From positions 186,248,001 to 186,312,000 of the forward strand of contig JBNRSN020000004.1 in the NCBI GenBank assembly GCA_051313645.2: DNA of 64,000 nt, given 5' to 3'. The position numbers and the translations under genes were made by a program. This document shows positions 49,311-62,800 of this stretch, piece after piece; position 1 is the first letter of the stretch; each line of letters begins with the position of its first letter. Below the pieces are notes generated by a model. The model was not told the DNA's origin, did no database searches, and was given only the letters and a program-made list of their open reading frames with translations. The DNA comes from Centroscyllium fabricii. Taxonomy: Eukaryota.

Positions 49311-50012
49311 TTCCTTTGTCAGTTTTCTAGAAGCTATTTTGCTTCAGCTCAAAAAATGGTCAAGGAAAAAGGAATGCTACTGGAATAAATAAAGAACATT
49401 TAGATGCAAGAGGGCTTCCAAACCAACTACACGCTAAAGATTGACAAGAAATGTCTTTGCGACAAGAAAAGTGCTTATACTTTCATAAAATGCACACCTG
49501 ACTTCAACCTATAGCAATAGTTCACTGTACCAGCTTGACTTTCTGATAATAACAGTGCCCGAGTGATCCAGTGCACTTGGACACAGATCCAGAAACATCT
49601 CCCCATGTATGTTTTTATAATGGGCCTCTTTAATCTAGCTGGGCTGGGAGGGTGAAACAATTATAACTTATTCCATTGACTATGTACTAAGGCACTAATA
49701 ACCATCGTTATGTGGAAATTTATAAATTTTACAATTTATTAAGTTATTCATTAAAAAAAAATCTCCCAGCCTTTGAAGTTCACATGGCATTCCATCAACA
49801 ATTTTCAATTGGTGAGACAGGCGAAGCCGTTTTCAACCACTTGCTGAATGTAGATGCATTGCTGATCATCTTCCAACATTCGCTGGAATCTGGAACAGTA
49901 CCCATAGATTGGAGGGTCACTAATGTTACCCTAATATTCAAAAAGGGTGGTAGAGAGAAAACGGGGAATTACAGACCAGTAAGCCTGACATCAGTAGTGG
50001 GGAAATTGCTAG

Positions 50013-53000
50013 TGTGGCGGCACGCCCACGGGGACACCGAATCTGCCACGGGAACTCCGCGGAGCAAAGCCCCGCTCATCCAGGTGACGCGACGACGTCA
50101 CCACGTCGGCCGACGCGATGACGTCACCAACCGCGGGACAGTTTAAATATGCTTGTTGCGAGTGGTTCACTCTCTTTCTTGTTTAGCTCTAGTGTATTAA
50201 AGTTATGTTTTCTCTAGCTCTCTGGCTCACGTGTGGTTCCTAGGCCTTGCTGGCGCTACAGTGGTGACCCCGAATTGGAACGACTTCCAAAGAAGAAAAG
50301 CTGCCGCAGGATCAGGGACCACCAGCCAAAGAACTTTTTAAACAGAAAACATGGCAAGAGCAAGGAACCAGGCTCCACGACCACAAGGACTTGGCCAGAA
50401 ATTCGGACACGGACTAACTCTACCGGAGTTCTGGGAGCAACGGCCAGCGGCCTGGTTTATGTGTATCGAGACCAGCTGCCGCACACATGGCATCCAGGGA
50501 GACGACCGCTACGACCTGGTGTTCTCGGCCCTACCGCACTCGACGATCGATCGGATGTGGTCAAAAATACAGCGTGTGCCCACTACAGGCAGGTACGAAT
50601 CCCTTAAGGCCGCCCTTATAATTTTTTTTACCCCCTCTCAATTTGAACGCGACTGCCAGCTCCTTGACCTCCCTGAACTCGGGGACGCAGACCCATCGGA
50701 CCTCCTAGGTCAGATGCAAGCGCTCACACCCAATCCCGCCTCCCTGTTCCGCACCGTCTTCCTCCTTAAACTGCCCCGCTCCATCAGACCGGCCTTGGCA
50801 GCCCTTGGCCAACGGAGCGACGACGAGCTCGCAGAGGAAGCCGACAGGCTCATGGAGGCGCAGCGCACCCGCTCCACCACGTGCGACCCTAACTCCGCAT
50901 CGGTAGAGCACAGCCAATCACCCCCCAGGCCTAACTTTATGCCTGAACCTAGGGCCCCGCGCCCACCTAGGCAACCGCGTCCCTCTAGCACCGGCTGGTG
51001 CTACTACCACACGCGGTTCGATAACAAAGCGCACCACTGCGTCCAGCCATGCGCATTCAAGCCACGGCCCAACCCAGCCCCCACTATGTCTGTAGGCCAC
51101 ACAGGAGCACTGCTCTTTGTTACAGACAGAGGCACAGGCCTTAGGTTCCTCTGTGACACAGGCACGCAGCACAACATCGTGCCAGCCTCCCCTGCAGAAA
51201 CCAAACAAGGTACCCGGGGCCCGCCACTCGCAGCGGCCAACGGCTCCAGTATAAAAACGTACGGCACCCGCAAGCTTACAATTACTCTTGCAAGCCACAC
51301 GTACACCTGGGATTTCGTCACAGCCCAGGTCACTTCACCCCTCCTCGGGGCAGATTTCCTCTGCGCCTACGGCCTGCTGGTCGATGTGACCCGGCGCCGC
51401 TTGGTCAACATGAGTAACATGGCGAACATCCCATGCTCCACAGGGCCCGCACTCCTGGCCCACGCGGCAGCCCAATGCCGCTCTCGGAACTCAGATGCCT
51501 ACGGCACGCTCCTGGCAGAGTTCCCCGCCCTAACCAACCCCACGTTCACCGCCCGACAGGCCAAACACGGGGTGGAACACTTTATTACTACCACAGGCCC
51601 TCCCGTCCATGCCCACGCCCGTAGACTCGACCCGGCCAAGCAGGAGATCACGCGCACCGAGTTCCGCACCATGGAGCAATTCGGCATTATCCGCCGCTCC
51701 AACAGCCCTTGGGCCTCCCCTCTCCACATAGCCCCCAAGCCAGACGGAGGTTGGCGCCCCTGCGGCGACTACCGCCACCTAAACAATGCCACCACCCGGA
51801 TAGGTAACCCGTACCCCACATCCAGGATTTTTCCGCCAGATTAGCGGGCTGTACGATCTTCTCTAAGATCGACCTGGTGCGTGGCTACCACCAGGTTCCG
51901 GTGCACCCGGCGGGCATTCCTAAAACGGCCGTCATCACCCCCTTCGGGCTCTTCGAGTTCCTCAGGATACCCTTCGGCCTTAAAAACGCGGCCCAGGCCT
52001 TCCAGCGCCTCATGGACTCGGTCCTACGGGACTTGAAGTTCATTTTCGTCTATTTAGACGACATCCTCGTGGCCAGCACCTCCCCCCAGGAACACCTCCT
52101 GCACCTCAGGACCCTGTTCCAGCGCCTGGCCGAACACGGCCTTATATTAAGCCCTACCAAGTGCAAATTCGGCCTCGATACCATTGACTTTCTCGGCCAC
52201 CGCATTTCCCAAACAGGGGCCATACCCCTGCCCTCCAAGGTGCAGGCGGTACAGGAATTCCCCCGCCCGCACTCCATTAAAGGGCTGCAGGAATTCCTAG
52301 GCATGGTTAATTTTTATAACCGCTTTATCCCGGGAGCAGCCGCTCTCATGGCCCCCTTATACCAGGCCACCCGCGGGCAGTCCAACAAGGCTGCGGTCGT
52401 GTGGACGGCCGACGCCGCCACCGCCTTCACCGCAACTAAAACCGCCCTGGCTAATGCCACCCTCCTAGCCCACCCTAGGTCCAACGCCAGAGTAGCCCTC
52501 ACCACCGACGCCTCCGACCACGCGGTCGGGGCCGTATTTGAGCAGTGGACCGGCAACTCGTGGCAGCCCCTGGCCTTTTTCAGCCGGCAACTCCGGCCCC
52601 CAGAGGTTAAGTACAGCGCCTTCGATAGGGAGCTCCTCGCTCTCCATCTGGCAGTGCGACATTTTCGTTTCCTCTTGGAGTGCCGCCACTTCACAGCCTT
52701 CGTCGACCATAAGCCACTCACGTTTGCGATGGCTAAGGTCGCCAAACCCTGGTCGGCCAGGCAGCAGCGCCAACTCGCGGCCGTGTCGGAATTTACGACC
52801 GACATCAAACATATTTCCGGCCGCGACAACGTGGTCGCTGACTGCCTTTCACGCCCCACCATTAACGCCGCCCAAATGGCGGTCGATTATGCCCAGCTGG
52901 CCGCAGACCAGCTGGCCGACCCGGACCTGCTCAATGCAGCAGCAAATCTCCCCGGCCTCCGCTTGGCCAATATCGCACACGGCCCCGCTGCCACTGTCGT

Positions 53001-54466
53001 CTGCTGCGACGTATCCCTGCCGCAGCCCCGGCCCATTGTCCCCCACGCTTGGAGGCGACACATATTTAGGACCCTCCATGACCTGTCCCACCCCGGTACC
53101 CGCGCGTCCATGAAACTCATATCGGCCCGGTTCGTATGGCGCAGCTTGCGCAAGGACGTTCGCGCCTGAGCCAGCTCCTGCATTGCCTGCCAGCGCTCTA
53201 AAGTGCATAAGCACATCAGGGCACCACTGGAAACTTTTAAAGTGCCGGCCAGACGCATTGACCACGTCCACATTGATCTTGTCGGGCCACTACCGCCATC
53301 CCGGGGCCACACGCACGTGATGACCATGGTCGAACGCAACATTCGCTGGCCAGAAGCAGTCCCCCTCACCGCCACCGGCACCACGGACTTGGCCAGGGCG
53401 TTCATCACCACCTGGGTCGCCCGCTTCGCGTGCCCACCGACATCACCTCCGACAGAGGACCCCAGTTCACGTCAGCGTTATGGGCGGCCATCGCCCGCGA
53501 CCTCGGGGTAACACTACATCGTACCACCGCATACCACCCACAAGCGAACGGGCTATGCGAACGGTTCCACCGCTCGATGAAGGCGTCACTACGAGCCACC
53601 CTCAAGGATGCGTCGTGGACCGACCGCCTCCCATGGGTTCTCCTCGGGCTGCGCTCGGCAGTCAAGGAAGACCTCAATGCCTCAGCAGCAGAACTCGTCT
53701 ACGGCCAAGCCTTAACAGTGCCGGGCGAGTTCCTAGCCGAGCCCAACGTTCCCTGGTCAGCCGACCAGTATTTAAAAGACTTCGCCAACCCGGCACGAGC
53801 TTTCCAGCCACTACCAGTGGCCCGGCACGGAGAGCCGGCAGCTCGGGTGCCGGACGGCATCAAAAACGCTAAATTCGTGTTCGTCCGGCGCAACGGACAC
53901 CGATCTCCACTACAGCCACCTTACGATGGCCCCTACAGAGTGCTTCGGGCGGGAGCTAAAGCTTTCGAACTGCAAATGGGCAACAGGACTGAAACTGTGA
54001 CATAAGACCGGCTCAAGCCGGCACACATTATAGCGGGTGAGACGACTGTCCCCGCACAACCACCACAACGCGGTCGCCCTCCCGCAACAAAACCCGCCCA
54101 CACTCCACCGCAGAACCAGAAGCAACAGGCAACACGGTCCGGCCGCATCATCCGGCCACCCGAACGGCACACATAGACTCTCTTAATATTCCTCCCGGAC
54201 GGATTCTGGGGTGAGCTGTGTGGTGGCACGCCCACGGGGACACCGAATCCGCCACGGGAACTCCGCGGAGCAATGCCCCTCTCATCCGGGTGACGCAACG
54301 ACGTCACCACGCCGGCCGACGCGATGACGTCACCAACCGCGGGACAGTTTAAATATGCTTGTTGCGAGTGGTTCACTCTCTTTCTTGTTTAGCTCTAGTG
54401 TATTAAAGTTGTGTTTTCTCTAGCTCTCTGGCTCACGTGTGGTTCCTAGGCCTTGCTGGCGCTACA
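50013..54466 (+). mobile_element. CsRn1-clade Gypsy LTR retrotransposon, copy E2
   Basis: LTRs 50013-50260 and 54219-54466; TSD CTAG; tRNA-Trp PBS 50262-50273. Confidence 0.93.
50351..54176 (+). pseudogene. gag-pol of E2 (frameshifts ~51795 and ~53428; stops 53167 and 54003)
   Basis: Collinear with E1; CDTGT protease, YLDD RT, DDE integrase. Confidence 0.9.
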
Positions 54467-55360
54467 CTAGGGTCCATTATAAAGGATGTAATAGCTGAGC
54501 ACTTGGAAAATAGTGACCGGATCAGACAAAGTCAACATGGATTTACAAAAGGGAAATCGTGCTTGACTAATCTACTGGAATTTTTTGAGGATGTAACTGG
54601 GAAAATAGATATGGAAGAACCAGTAGATGTTATGTATTTGAACTTTCAGAAGGCTTTCGATAAGGTCCCGCATAAGAGATTAGCGTGTAAAGTTAAGGCC
54701 CATGGGACTGGGGGCAAGGTATTGACTTGGATAGAGAACTAGTTGGTGGGCAGAAAACAGAGAGTAGGAATTAACGGGTCTTTTTCCGTGTGCCAGGCAG
54801 TGACTAGTGGGGTACCGCAGGGATCGATCCTTGGACCCCAGCTATTCACAATATACATTAATGATCTAGATAAGGGAACTAGATGTAATATCTCCAAGTT
54901 TGCAGATGACCCAAAGTTGGGTGGGCTTGTGTGCTGCGAGGAAGATACCGAGAAACTCCAGGATGATTTGGACAGGTTGGATGATTGGGCAGATGCGTGG
55001 CAGATGCAATATAATGTGGATAAATGCAAGGTTATCCACTTTGGTGTCAAAAACAGAAAGGCAGACTATTATCTGAATGGCAATAGATTGGGAGAAGGGG
55101 AAGTGCAACGAGACCTGGGTGTCCTTGTGCACCAGTCGCTGAAGATAAGCATGCAGGTGCAGCAGGTGGTGAAGAAGGCAAATGGTATGTTGGCCTTCAT
55201 TGCGAAAGGGTTTGAGTACAGGAACAAGGATGTCCTGCTGCAGTTGTACAGGGCCTTGGTGAGACCACACCTTGTGTGCTGTGTGCAGTTTTGGTCGCCT
55301 TATCTGAGGAAGGATGTTCTTGCCATGGAAGGAGTTCAGCGAAGATTCACAAGGCTGATA

Positions 55361-55928
55361 CATAGAAACATAGAAAATAGGTGCAGGAGTAGACCATTCA
55401 ACACATTCATGGCTGAACATGCTACATCAGTACCCAATTCCTGCTTTCTCGCCATATCCCTTGATCACCCTAGTTGTAAGTATTACATCTAACTCCCTTT
55501 TGAACATATTTAGTGAACAGGCCTCAACAACTTTCTGTGGTAGAGAATTCCATAGGTTCACCACTCTCTGGGTGAAGAAGTTTCTCCTCATCTCGGTCCT
55601 AAATGGCTTACCCCTTATCCTTAGTCTGTGCCCCCCCCCCCCCACCCCGTTCTGGACTTCCCCAACATTGGGAACATTCTGTCCGCATCTAACCTGTCTG
55701 AACCGGTCAGTATTTTAAACGTTTCTATGAGATCCCCCCTCATTCTTCTGAACTCCAGAGAGTACAAGTTCAGTTGATCCAGTCTTTCTTGATATGTCAG
55801 TCCGGCCATCCCGGGAATCAATCTAGTAAACCTTCGCTGCCCCTCAATAGCAAGAATGTCCCTCATGAAGTTAGGAGACCAAAACTGCACACAATACTCC
55901 AAGTGTGGTCTCACCAAGGCCCTGTACA
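55361..55928 (-). mobile_element. CR1 3' fragment inserted antisense into a CR1
   Basis: (CATAGAAA)n tail at 55361; YRALVRPHLEYCVQFW on the minus strand. Confidence 0.85.
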
Positions 55929-58112
55929 ATACCTGGGATGGCAGGAGTGACGTATGAGGAGAGATTGGGTCGATTGGGCTTTTCCTCGCTGGAGTTTAGA
56001 AGAATGAGAGGGGATCTCATCAAAACTTATAAAATTCTGACAGGTCTGGACAAACTAGATGCAGGAAGAATATTCCCGATGGTCGGAGAGTCCAGAACCA
56101 GGATTCATAGTCTAAGGATAAGGGGTAAGCCATTTAGGACAGAGATGAGGAAGAATTTCTTCACCCAGAGAGTGTGAACCTGTGGAATTCTCTACCACAG
56201 AATGTAGTTGAGGCCAAATCATTAAATATATTCAAGAAGGAGTTAGATATATTTCTTGGAGCTAAAGGTATCAAGGGATATGGGGAGAAGGCAGGTACGG
56301 GGTACTGAGTTTGGATGATCAGCCATGATCTCATCGAATGGCGGAGCAGGCTTGAGGGGCCAAATGGCCTACTCCTGCTCCTATCTTCTATGTTTCTATG
56401 TAACAGATCCACATGGTGGAGTTTGCGTAGAAGCAGACATAATGACACTGACTTTCAATAATAACAGTATGACACTATACTGTTTAATATTTTCTACCTT
56501 GTGACCTACAAGTAAGCTTTACCTTGTTACTTCTACTAGCAAGGAAATCAGATTGGTCGAAATGCATAAAATCATAGAATGTTACAGCACTGAAATAGGA
56601 CATTGGCCCCATAAAGTCAGCGCTGGTATTTTTATCCACATGAGACACCACGGCTGATTTTAAGGTTGAGACTTAAAACGAAGAGGCAGTTGCAATTTTG
56701 AGGACCCAGCCTCAGTTACATTGAACCCACAGATGGGGCAAGTTAGCCACTGGAGACCTGGCAGGCATAAACTCTCAGGTAGGGCCCAGAAACACTGGAG
56801 GGTAGATTTGAACTCTCGAATTGCTGACCAGCGAAGGGTGCAGGCTGGTTGCCCGGTAGTGCCGATGGAAGGTCTTGTCCATTTTGAGTGCCACTCCTTG
56901 TTACTATACGGCTGGCAGCTGCAGATACAGCTCAGCAGCTCCAGCCCAAGGTAGGTGTGGAGGGACACGGAAGGACTGTTCATAGAAAAGGGGAGCCTGG
57001 TGCAGCAACAGCCTACATTATTTTTGTGGAGCCCAGAGGAACACTCTTGCTCAAGCAAACACTTACCTTTTTGGCTCCCCTTTGGCTGGACCATCAGTTG
57101 TGTCCCAAAATAGCAATCGTGACATAGGATCCAAATTTGCACATGAAGAGTGCCTACAGCCTGAATCAGGCGACCGGTCTAGTTGCCCAGAGGCCCTTCT
57201 GAAGATGGCATTGGCCGAATCGGAAACGGGGCGGTAAGCTATTCCCCACCAGCAAAATTTCACATGGGCCTCGGATGGGCAAATATGTCACCTGACCGAG
57301 GAAACAGGAAGGGCAAGGGGACATCATATAGCCTGTTAACATTCATGTTCACACATGAATAATGATGACTTGGGGAAGTACTGAGTGGTTGCTGGTGCCG
57401 AAGTCTATATTAGAATTCCCCTGTGTTTACCTGCAGCTTTGGGAAACAATGTCAAAAGTGAAGAGGGGAAACTTAGAACTGTTACCATGGTATGGGGAGA
57501 AAGGTCATAAGTTCACTCACTTCATTGGAATCCATCTACCTCAGTGGCCAATTAATCATTTTATCAATCAGAACAAATGACCAATATCATGCTTAAAAAC
57601 ATCTAATGATTGAATTGCTCACTTCAATGATGCATTATTTGATTAGAGCCAGTTTTCACAATCAGAGTCCAATGTTAAATGATGAGATGCATTTCCAGAA
57701 TGGATGGTAAGATCAGTGAGGCATCGCAGGAAAGGCAAATACATGATTTAAACATGAAAAAATAAGAGAAAAAGTTTTAAGATATTATTTGTGAAAAAGT
57801 CAAACTAAAAGAGAGCCTCAAGCCCAGATTTTAGCTTGAGGTGGAAAATGTACGATGTATTCGACTCACAGAGCATGAGGCCCAGGAGTTTTTAACCTGA
57901 ATGACCTAACACTGATTCCCACCTGAAGCCAGTGGGGAGGATGTCAATGCCGGCAGGCAGGAGTGGAAATACACAGGGGTGAAGCTGCCCTGGGGATCCA
58001 CATAAACGGAGCCCAGCAAGTTAGGTGAGGAACGAGAGTGGGTGGGGGGCAGTTGGTAAAGTTCACAATCAGGAAGGAGCGAAGCCTGGAGCAGGGAGGC
58101 ATTAGATCCCAC

Positions 58113-59809
58113 TTATAGAATCATAGGATGGTTACAGCACAGAAGGAGGCCATTCAGCCTGTCGAGCCCGTGCTGGCTCTCTGCAAGAGCACCTCAGCTA
58201 GTCCCACTCACCCGCCCTTTCCCCATAGCCCTGCACATTTTTTTCCTTCAGGTACTTATGCAATTCCCCTTGAAAGCCAAGATTGAATCTGCCTCCACCA
58301 CCCTTTCAGAAAGTGCATTCTAGATCCTAACCACTCGCTGTGTAAAAATGTTTTTCCTCATGTCGCCTTTAGTTCTTCTGCCAATCACCTTAAATCTGTG
58401 TCCTCTGGTTCTTGACCCTTCTGCCAATTGGAACAGTTTCTCTCTATCTACTTTGTCTGGACCCCTCATGATTTTGAGCACCTCTGCCAAATCTCCTCTC
58501 AACCTTCTCTGCTCTGAGGAGAACAACCCCAGCTTGTCCAGTTTATCCATGTAACTGAAGCCCCTCATCACTGGAAACATTCTTGTAAACCTTTTCTGCA
58601 CCCTCTCGAAGGCCTTCATGTCCTTCCTAAAGTGCAGTGCCCAGAATTGGACACAATACTCCAGTTGAGGCCGAACCAGTGTTTTATAAAGATTCATCAT
58701 AACTTCCTTGCTTTTGTACTCTATGCTCTATTTCTAAAGCCCAGGATCCCGTATGCTTTTTTAACCGTTTTCTCAACCTGCTCTGCCAACTTCAATGATT
58801 TGTGCACATATACTCACTCCCAGATTTCTCTGTTCATACACCCAGTTTAAAATTGTACCCGTTTTTTCATATTGCCTCTCCTCATTCTTCCTGCCAAAAT
58901 ATATCACTTTGCACTTTTCTACATTAAAGTTTGTTTGCCACGTGTCCGCTCATTCCACCAGCCTGTCTATGTCATCTTGAAGTCTATCACTCTCCTCCTC
59001 ACTGTTCACCATACTTCCAAGTTTTGTGTCATCTGCAAATTTTGAAATTGTTCCCTGTACACCCAAATCCAAGTCATTAATATATATCAAGAAATGCAGT
59101 GGTCCTAGTACCCACCCCTGGGGAACCCCACTGTGTACTTTCTCCCAGTCCGATAAACAAACGTTCACCACTACTCTCTGTTTCCTGTCACTTAGCCAAT
59201 CTTGTATCCATGCTGTCACTGTCCCTTTTATTCCATGGGCTTCAACTTTGCTGGCAAGCCTATTATGTGATTAATATCAAATGCCTTGTGGAAGTCCATG
59301 TACACCACATCAACCGCATTGCCCTCATCAACCCTCTGTTACCTCATCAAAAAACTCAATCAAGTTAGTTGAACATGATTTGCCCTTAACAAATCCGTTC
59401 TGGTTTTCCTTAATTAATTCACACTTGTACAAGTGACTGTTAATTTTGTCCCAGATTATAGTTTCTAAAAGCTTCCCCACTACTGAGGTTAAACTGACTA
59501 GCTTATAGTTGCTGGATTTATCCTTACACCCTTTTTTGAACAAGGTTGTAACATTTGCTATTCTCCAGTCCTCTGGCACCAACCCGGATCTAAGGAGGAT
59601 TGGAAGATTATGGCCAGTACCTCCGCATTTTCCACCTTTACTTCCCTCAGCATCCTAGGATGCATCCCATCCGGGCCTGGTGACGTATCTACTTTACGTA
59701 CAGCCAGCCTTTCTAGTAGCTCCTCTATCAATTTTTATCCCATCCAAGATCTCAGCTACCTTCACTTTCACTATGACTTTGGCAGCATCTTATTCCTTGG
59801 TAAAGACAG
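58113..59809 (-). mobile_element. Older CR1 LINE, interrupted at 59810 by Gypsy D
   Basis: VPEDWRIANV, GVPQGWVLGP, FADD, RPQLEYCVQFW; ATAGAATCATAG tail. Confidence 0.88.
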
Positions 59810-62800
59810 TGACATATCTTCAATTAATCACACAAAGACGAGTAGTTACCTAAACTACAGGCTTTTATTAGCTAAGAATGGAGCTGGTCTCCTGATGAGG
59901 TCAAGGGGAAGAATGAGTGGGGGCAGGTCAGCACTCACCTATATACTCCGACCTGAGGGGAGGAGTCAGGGGTGTGGCTGACCTAGCTTACAGCATTACA
60001 CAGGTAACCGGCAACTATATACAATGGTTATATACAGGATTACCACATTCACCCCTTCTTTAAAAACAAGTCCGGCGGGGTGAACCTGCCTTGGGGTGAA
60101 AAATGTACATCAGCGTAGTCTTTTAGCATTTTGTTCTCAGTCTCTCCGGCGGTCACGTCTGCCTGAGGGACCGCCGGGGTGCCGGCGATGGTGGTGCCAG
60201 TTGCAGGGCCGGCGTCGTGCTCTCCGCCAACAATGCTAGTGGTGCGGCGTCCGATCCCGGGTCGTCGATTGATGGTGTTGAGAGCCCCGGTGTGTGTGTA
60301 GATGGAGGCCAGTATTCGGTGGGTGGTGGCTGGTCAAGCTGAGGCTCGACCGGGATTTCTGCCATTGTGCTCTCAGCGGGTGCCAGATCCCTGATCGAGA
60401 GCGTATCCTCGCGCCCGTCTGGGTATGCCACGTAAGCATATTGCGGGTTGGCGTGGAGCAGGTGCACCCATTCCACCAGGGGGTCGGTCTTGTGGCCACG
60501 GACGTGCTTTCTAAGCAATACTGGCCCTTGCGCTGTCAGCCACGGCGGGAGTGCTGTCCCCAGAGTCGACTTCCTAGGAAAGGAAAACAACAGGTCATGA
60601 GGTGTGGCGTTAGTGGCGGTACACATCAGAGAGCGGATGGCATGGAGCACGTCTGGGAGGACCTCCTGCCAACGGGAGACTGGAAGGCCTCTGGACTTCA
60701 GGCCCAGGTTGACCGCCTTCCAGATGGTCCCGTTCTCCCTTTCTACCTGGCCATTCCCCTGGGGGTTGTAACTGGTCGTTCTGCTTGAGGCAACCCCTTT
60801 CTGAAGCAGGAACTGATGCAGTTCGTCGCTCATGAACGACGACACCCGGTCGCTATGGATGTAGCTGGGGAGACTGAAAATGGCGAACAGCGTGGTGAAG
60901 TGTCTTATCACCGTTGCGCTCGTCATATCTGAGCAGGGGAAAGCGAAGGGGAAGCGGGAGAACTCGTCCACGACCGTGAGGAATTACGAGTTGCGGTCAG
61001 TGGAGGGGACGGGGCCTTTGAAGTCCACGCTCAGGCGTTCAAAGGGGCGGGTGGCCTTGATGACGTGCGCCGTGTCAGGCCTGTAAAATTGGGGTTTGCA
61101 CTCGGCACAGACAGGGCACTCTTTGGTCATAGCCTTAATCTCCGTGATGGAGTAGGGGAGGCTACGGGATTTGACGAAGTGGGCGAGTCTGGTGACACCC
61201 GGGTGACAGAGGCGATCGTGGAGGGCCTTCAGCCGGTCAAGCTGGGTGCTGGCGCATGTTCCCCTGGACAGTGCATCCGGGGGTTCGTTAAGCTTGCCTC
61301 GGCAGTAAAGAATGTCATACTCGTAAGTCGAGAGTTCGATCCGCCACCGAAGGATCTTATCATTCTTGATTTTACCCCATTGTTTATTGATAAACATAAA
61401 CGCCACCGACCGTTGGTCGGTGAGCAGGGTAAAACGCTTACCGGCCAGGTAATGACGTCAGTAGCGCACTGCCTCCACGATGGCCTGAGCCTCCATTTCC
61501 ACCGCTGAGTGGCGAGTTTCGGGTCCCTGTAGGGTCCGGGAGAAGAACGCTACGGGCCTGCCTGCCTGGTTCAGGGTGGCGGCAAGGGCGAAGTCCGAAG
61601 CGTCACTCTCCACCTGGAAAGGGATGGACTCATCAACGGCGTGCATGGTCGCCTTGATGATGTCTTCCTTGATCCGAGCGAATGGCGTTTGGGCTCCTGC
61701 TGAGAGGGGGAAGACGTCGGCCTTGAGGAGAGGTCTGGCCTTATCCGTGTACTGGGGGACCCATTGCACATAATAAGAAAAGAACCCTAGACACATCCTC
61801 AGGGCTTTGGGGTTGTGAGGTAAGGGCAGCTCTTGCACGGGGCGCCAACGCTGTGGATCGGGGCCAAGGACCCCGTTTTCCACCATGTATCCGAGGATAG
61901 CAAGCCGGTCCGTACTAAAGACACACTTGCCTTTATTGTATGTTAGGTCCAGCCATTTTGCCGTGTGCAGGAATTTGGCGAGGTTGGCATCGTGGTCCTG
62001 CTGGTCATGGCCACAGATGGTCACGTTGTCCAGGTAAGGGAACGTGGCCTGCAACCCATTCTGGTCAACCATGCGGTCCATCTCCCTCTGGAACACCGAC
62101 ACCACATTGGTCACACCGAAGGGGACCCGGAGGAAGTGGTAGAGCCTGCCGTTCGCCTCGAAGGCGGTGTACCGGCGGTCGGAGTTCCGGATGGGGAGTT
62201 GGTGATACGCCAACTTGAGGTCGATTGTGGAAAATACCTTGTACTGGGTGATCTGGTTTACCATATCCTAGATGCGGGGGAGGGGGTAGGCGTCGATCCC
62301 GGTGTAGCGGTTAATCGTCTGGCTATAGTCAATGGCCATGCGCAGTTTCTCGCCTGTCTTAACCACCACGACCTGGGCCCGCCAGGGGCTGGTGCTGGCC
62401 TCAATTATCCCTTCTTTCAGCATGCGCTTGACCTCCGACCTGATAAACGCCCGGTCCCCTGCACTGTAACACCGACTTTTGGTAGCAATGGGCTTGCATT
62501 TGGGGTCAAGATTGGCAAACAGTAAGGGGGGGTCGACTTTTAATGTGGACAGGCCGCAAGTCGAGCCCCGCGTTAAGTTGCGATTGCCCCGGCTACAGAC
62601 GGTGAGGGGGGCCAGGGTTCCTCTGAAATCTATCGTCATGCTCTTCAGGTGGCACTGGAAATCCAGTCCCATTAATACTGGGGCGCAAAGCTGTTGGAGT
62701 ACGTACAACTTAAATTTGCGGTAAATGCGTTCCCTGTTCGTGAGCGTGATGTTGCAGTAGCCGGTGATGTCTGCCGTGTGGGACTTTGAGGCAAGCAAGA

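Larger units (their letters stand above)
49848..56400 (+). mobile_element. CR1 LINE split by Gypsy E2 and by an inverted CR1 (55361-55928)
   Basis: LTSVVGKLL|GSIIKDVI continuity across E2; RRFTRLI|PGMAG continuity across the inverted copy. Confidence 0.88.

Noticed and set aside
56655-58110. Possible further Harbinger-type remnants and a 160-aa ORF
   Set aside because: Too decayed to define termini or domains
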